Source: Chiloscyllium plagiosum (Eukaryota). From it: 48,668 bases of DNA. The DNA lies in the NCBI RefSeq assembly GCF_004010195.1, contig NC_057753.1, positions 10,072,104-10,120,771 of the forward strand, written 5' to 3'. The notes under the pieces are model-generated. The model ran no database searches. It saw only the letters and a program-made list of their open reading frames with translations, and was not told where the DNA came from. Shown piece after piece: positions 45,281 through 48,668 of this stretch; positions within the stretch are counted from its first letter, which is position 1; the number at the start of each line of letters is the position of its first letter. The translations under genes were made by a program, and so were the position numbers.

Positions 45281-46080
45281 AGTAGAGGAACCCATGGATG
45301 TACTGATATTCTAGAAGTCTTTTGAAGTGCCACATCGAAAGTCATTATTCAAAATAAGAGCTCATCTTGTCCAGGTCTTTTAACAGCGTGGATAGAGCAT
45401 TGGTGTGTGAACAGGCAACAGTTGTCAAAATGTTTTGGGTTGTCAAGGCATGATGAATGGAACATAGTGCAAGAGCTTGCTTTTTTTTTACAATTTCTAT
45501 TCACAGCTTTGATGAAGGAAGCATATGCAAGGGTGTTAAATTTGGTGATGGCCCGAATCTATGGAGAAAACTCTTAAGTACAAACAGGGCACAAGACATC
45601 TGTGAAGTATGGTTGACAGGTTGGGTGCAGGGTTGGGAACAGGTGAGATAAAAGTTTAATGAAGGAAGCCTGTCAAACGTAAGTGAAATATTGTCATTTG
45701 TGGTAAGGGGGCAGAATATAAAGTCAGGGTGTTTTCCTCAGTTTGTCAGTGGTATTGGGAAGACCACCAGATTTGGTCTCTTTACTTAGGAGAGGATGTA
45801 AATAGCAGTTTATAGCTGATTTACTCAACTTATAATTGGGGTCAAGAGGTTGTTAGGCTGGGGTTGTATCAGTTAGAGCTTGGAAGAATCGGATGATCTG
45901 ATGGAGATGTATAACATCCTGTGAGCACTTAATGTGAATGTCTAAATCTCATTGTGCCAGAGACTAGAACTGAATGGACACAGTTAACAAATAGGTGACC
46001 TCTCATTTAAGGTAGAGTTTTGTTTTTCTCTCAAGGGTTCCCGAATCTTTGAAATTCACTTCTTTAGAGAGTAGTATGAG

Positions 46081-46275
46081 ATGGAACAGTGGTTAGCATC
46101 ACTGCCTCAAAGCGTCAGGGACCCGAGTTCAATTCAACCCTTGGGTGATTGTTTGGGTGGATTTTGCACATTCTGCCCATGTCTGCATGGGTTTCATCTG
46201 GGTGCTCCGGCTTCCTCCCACAGTCAGTGCCGACTCAATGGGCTGAATGGCTTGCTTGCACACTGTATGGTTTCT
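46081..46275 (+). mobile_element. Internally deleted HE1-like SINE
   Basis: CAGTGGTTAGCATCACTGCCTCA head, TTTGCACATTCT core. Confidence 0.7.
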
Positions 46276-46434
46276 AGAACTGCCTGGAGCCTGTAACGGA
46301 CCAAATAACACGTGGACACTTTTCTTACACTGCTTTTATTCAAGGCTGCAGAGCCATTTCCACAAGACGGCAACAAGATCCCCAAATAATCAAATACATC
46401 AGCTTAATATATTGTGTTATTTTAAGAGCAGTTT

Positions 46435-46940
46435 ACATAGAGTCATAAAGATGTACCACATGGAAACAGACCCTTCGGTCCAACCTGTCCATGCCAACCA
46501 GATATCCCAACCCAATCTAGTCCCACTTGCCAGCACCCAGCCCATATCTCTCCAAACCCTTCCTATTCATATACCCATCCAAATGCCTCTTAAAATGTTG
46601 CAATTGTACCAGCTTCCACCACATACGCTGGCTGCTCATTCCATACAGGTATCACCCTCTGCATGAAAAAGTTGCCCCTTAGGTCTCTTATATCTTTACC
46701 CTCTCACCCTAAACCTATGCCCTCTATTTCTGGACTCCCCGACACCAGGGAAAATACTTTGTCTATTTATCCTATCCATGCCCCTCATAATTTTGTAAAC
46801 CTCTAAAGGTTACCCCTCAGCCTCCAACCCTCCAGGGAAAACAGCCCCAGCCTATTCAGCCTCTCCCTGTAGCTCAAATCCTCCAACCGTGGCACCATCC
46901 TTGTAAATCTTTTCTGAACCTTTTCAAGTTTCACTACATA
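46435..46940 (-). mobile_element. CR1 3' end
   Basis: ORF2 C-terminus and 3' UTR ending TATGACTCTATG on minus. Confidence 0.85.
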
Positions 46941-47319
46941 TCCCAATCAATAGTATAACTTGTTTTATGATTACCCACATCCCATTACAATTAGTGGTTC
47001 TGGTTATTTTATTTGTCTTACCTTGTTGTATTTAACCAACTACAGCAACTTAGACACTTGCTTAATTATAATGTCCAATGTCTACAGAGTCACGACCGTT
47101 CTCCTGAACACTGACTTGTGACCACCTCATTGCTGTCAACGTTTTACTTTGTCAAATGTCTTCCTGGCTTTTTGCAGTTAGCACCCTATATTCTGCCCTT
47201 GCCAACATTTTCCCCTCCAAGTCTGTACTGAGGATTTCATCAGAAACCTCAGAGTGTGGGGCAAGCAAACAAAAAGCCCCCTGATTCTCCCACAGCAGCC
47301 ACTATTAGAACAGGCAAGA

Positions 47320-48085
47320 GGTTCAGTCCTCAGGGTGACTCTCAGCAGCGTCACCGGCGGAATCTGGTTGGAAATGCTGGTGTCTCTGCACTTGGGTCAG
47401 GCAAATGGCCTCAGCAGCTTGGATGAGTCGACGTAGGCCTTCCCACACGCTGAGAAGAAGACCGGCACTTGCCTGTGTGAACCTGCGGGTGCTCCATCAG
47501 GTGGTAGGAGTGCGCGAAGCCCTTGCCACACACAGCGCAGCTGAAGGGCTTCTCCTTGGTGTGGATCTGCTAGTGGCTCAGCAGCTTCAAGGCCTGGGTA
47601 AAGGCCTTCCCACCCTCAGGGCAGCTGAAGGGCCACTCCCTGGTGTGGACCCGCTGTTGCCTCAGAGGAATTACTGAAACCCTTCCCACACACTGAGCAG
47701 CTGAAGGACCTCTCACTGGTGTAGACCCACCGGCGGGTCAGCAGGATGGAGGAATGACGAAAGGACTTCCTGTACTTGGGAAAGGGACCAGCCTCTCGCC
47801 CATGTGGACTCGCTAGTGGGCTAGTAGATTGGAGGAATTGCTGAAGGTCTTCTTGGACTCTGAGCAGCTGAAGGGCCTCTTCCCCTGCATGGACCCACTG
47901 GTAGGTCAGCAGGTCAGAGGAATCGCTAAGCTGGTTCAAGGCCTAGGTAAAACCCTTCCCGCACTCTGGGCATGGAAAGGCTACACTCAGTGTGCTGCAA
48001 CAATAGAGCATCTCATCCAGTTCCACTGATCTGAAAACATACAAACAGGAATCAAAACGTTTTGCTGCTTCTCACAGAATCATAG
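47320..48085 (-). pseudogene. C2H2 zinc-finger pseudogene paralogous to the two intact genes
   Basis: Leader 47980-48085 matches 22080-22190; ATG and first finger deleted; frameshifted fingers; ends HQHFQPDSAGDAAESHPED*. Confidence 0.85.
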
Positions 48086-48087
48086 TT

Positions 48088-48668
48088 ATAGAATACAGCA
48101 CAGAACAGGCCCTTCGGCCCACGATGTTGTGCCGAACATTTGTCCTAGCTTAAGCCCCTATCCATGTACCGATCCAATTGCCGCTTAAAGGTCACCAATG
48201 ATTCTGACTCCCACAGAAAGCGCATTCCATGCCCCCACCACTCTCTGGGTAAAGAACCTACTCCTGACATCCCCCCATACCTTCCACTCTTCACTTTAAA
48301 TTTATGTCCCCTTGTAACACTCTGTTGTACCTGGGGGAAAAAATCTCTGACTGTATACTCTATCTGTTCCCCTGATCAACTTATTAACCTCTATCAAGTC
48401 ACCCCTCATCCTTCGCTGTTCCAATGAGAAAAGGCCTAGCACACTCAACCAATCCTCGTACGACCTATTCTCCGTTCCAGGCAACATCCTGGTAAATCTC
48501 CTCTGCACCCTCTCCAAAGCTTCCACAACTTTCCTAAAATGAGGCGACCAGAACTGCACACAGTACTCCAAATGTGGCCTTACCAAGGTCCTGTACAGCT
48601 GCAACATCACCTCACGACTCTTGAATTCAATCCCTCTGCTAATGAATGCTAATACACCATAGGCCTTC
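48088..48668 (-). mobile_element. CR1 3' part inserted in the ZF pseudogene leader (continues beyond window)
   Basis: LYRTLVRPHLEYCVQFWSPHFRK..LERVQRRFTRMLPG. Confidence 0.9.

Noticed and set aside
9172..46275. SINE heads as tRNA genes
   Set aside because: They continue into the SINE core and CR1-like tail and lack a full cloverleaf

Overview
Eukaryotic, repeat-rich vertebrate DNA with six N-gaps. The repeat families point to a cartilaginous fish, probably a shark (inference): tRNA-headed HE1-type SINEs, CR1 LINEs, Penelope-like elements (PLEs) and Rex1/Babar. The window is a birth-and-death cluster of C2H2 zinc-finger genes with no visible KRAB/SCAN/BTB domain. It holds two intact, divergently oriented 11-finger ORFs (20859-21995 minus; 38996-40003 plus) with putative non-coding first exons and CpG-rich promoters, plus five ZF pseudogenes or fragments. 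Between them lie decayed tRNA genes (iMet, Glu, Asp), exon remnants of one or two unidentified non-ZF genes, a solo LTR with a 4-bp TSD and a Tigger-like MITE. Less obvious structure: (i) PLE termini carry minimal hammerhead-ribozyme cores (CUGAUGA-stem II-GAAACGUC), one with an intact core at 35706-35733; (ii) the same PLE/hammerhead fragment sits at the same position in the terminal-exon leader of both intact ZF genes, with the core disabled; (iii) a ~1.68-kb tandem unit joins PLE RT, tRNA-Glu, PLE GIY-YIG and a hammerhead between two gaps; (iv) one ZF gene gained a new C-terminus by frameshift and stops inside a SINE. Family names come from motif recognition by eye; repeat boundaries are approximate.
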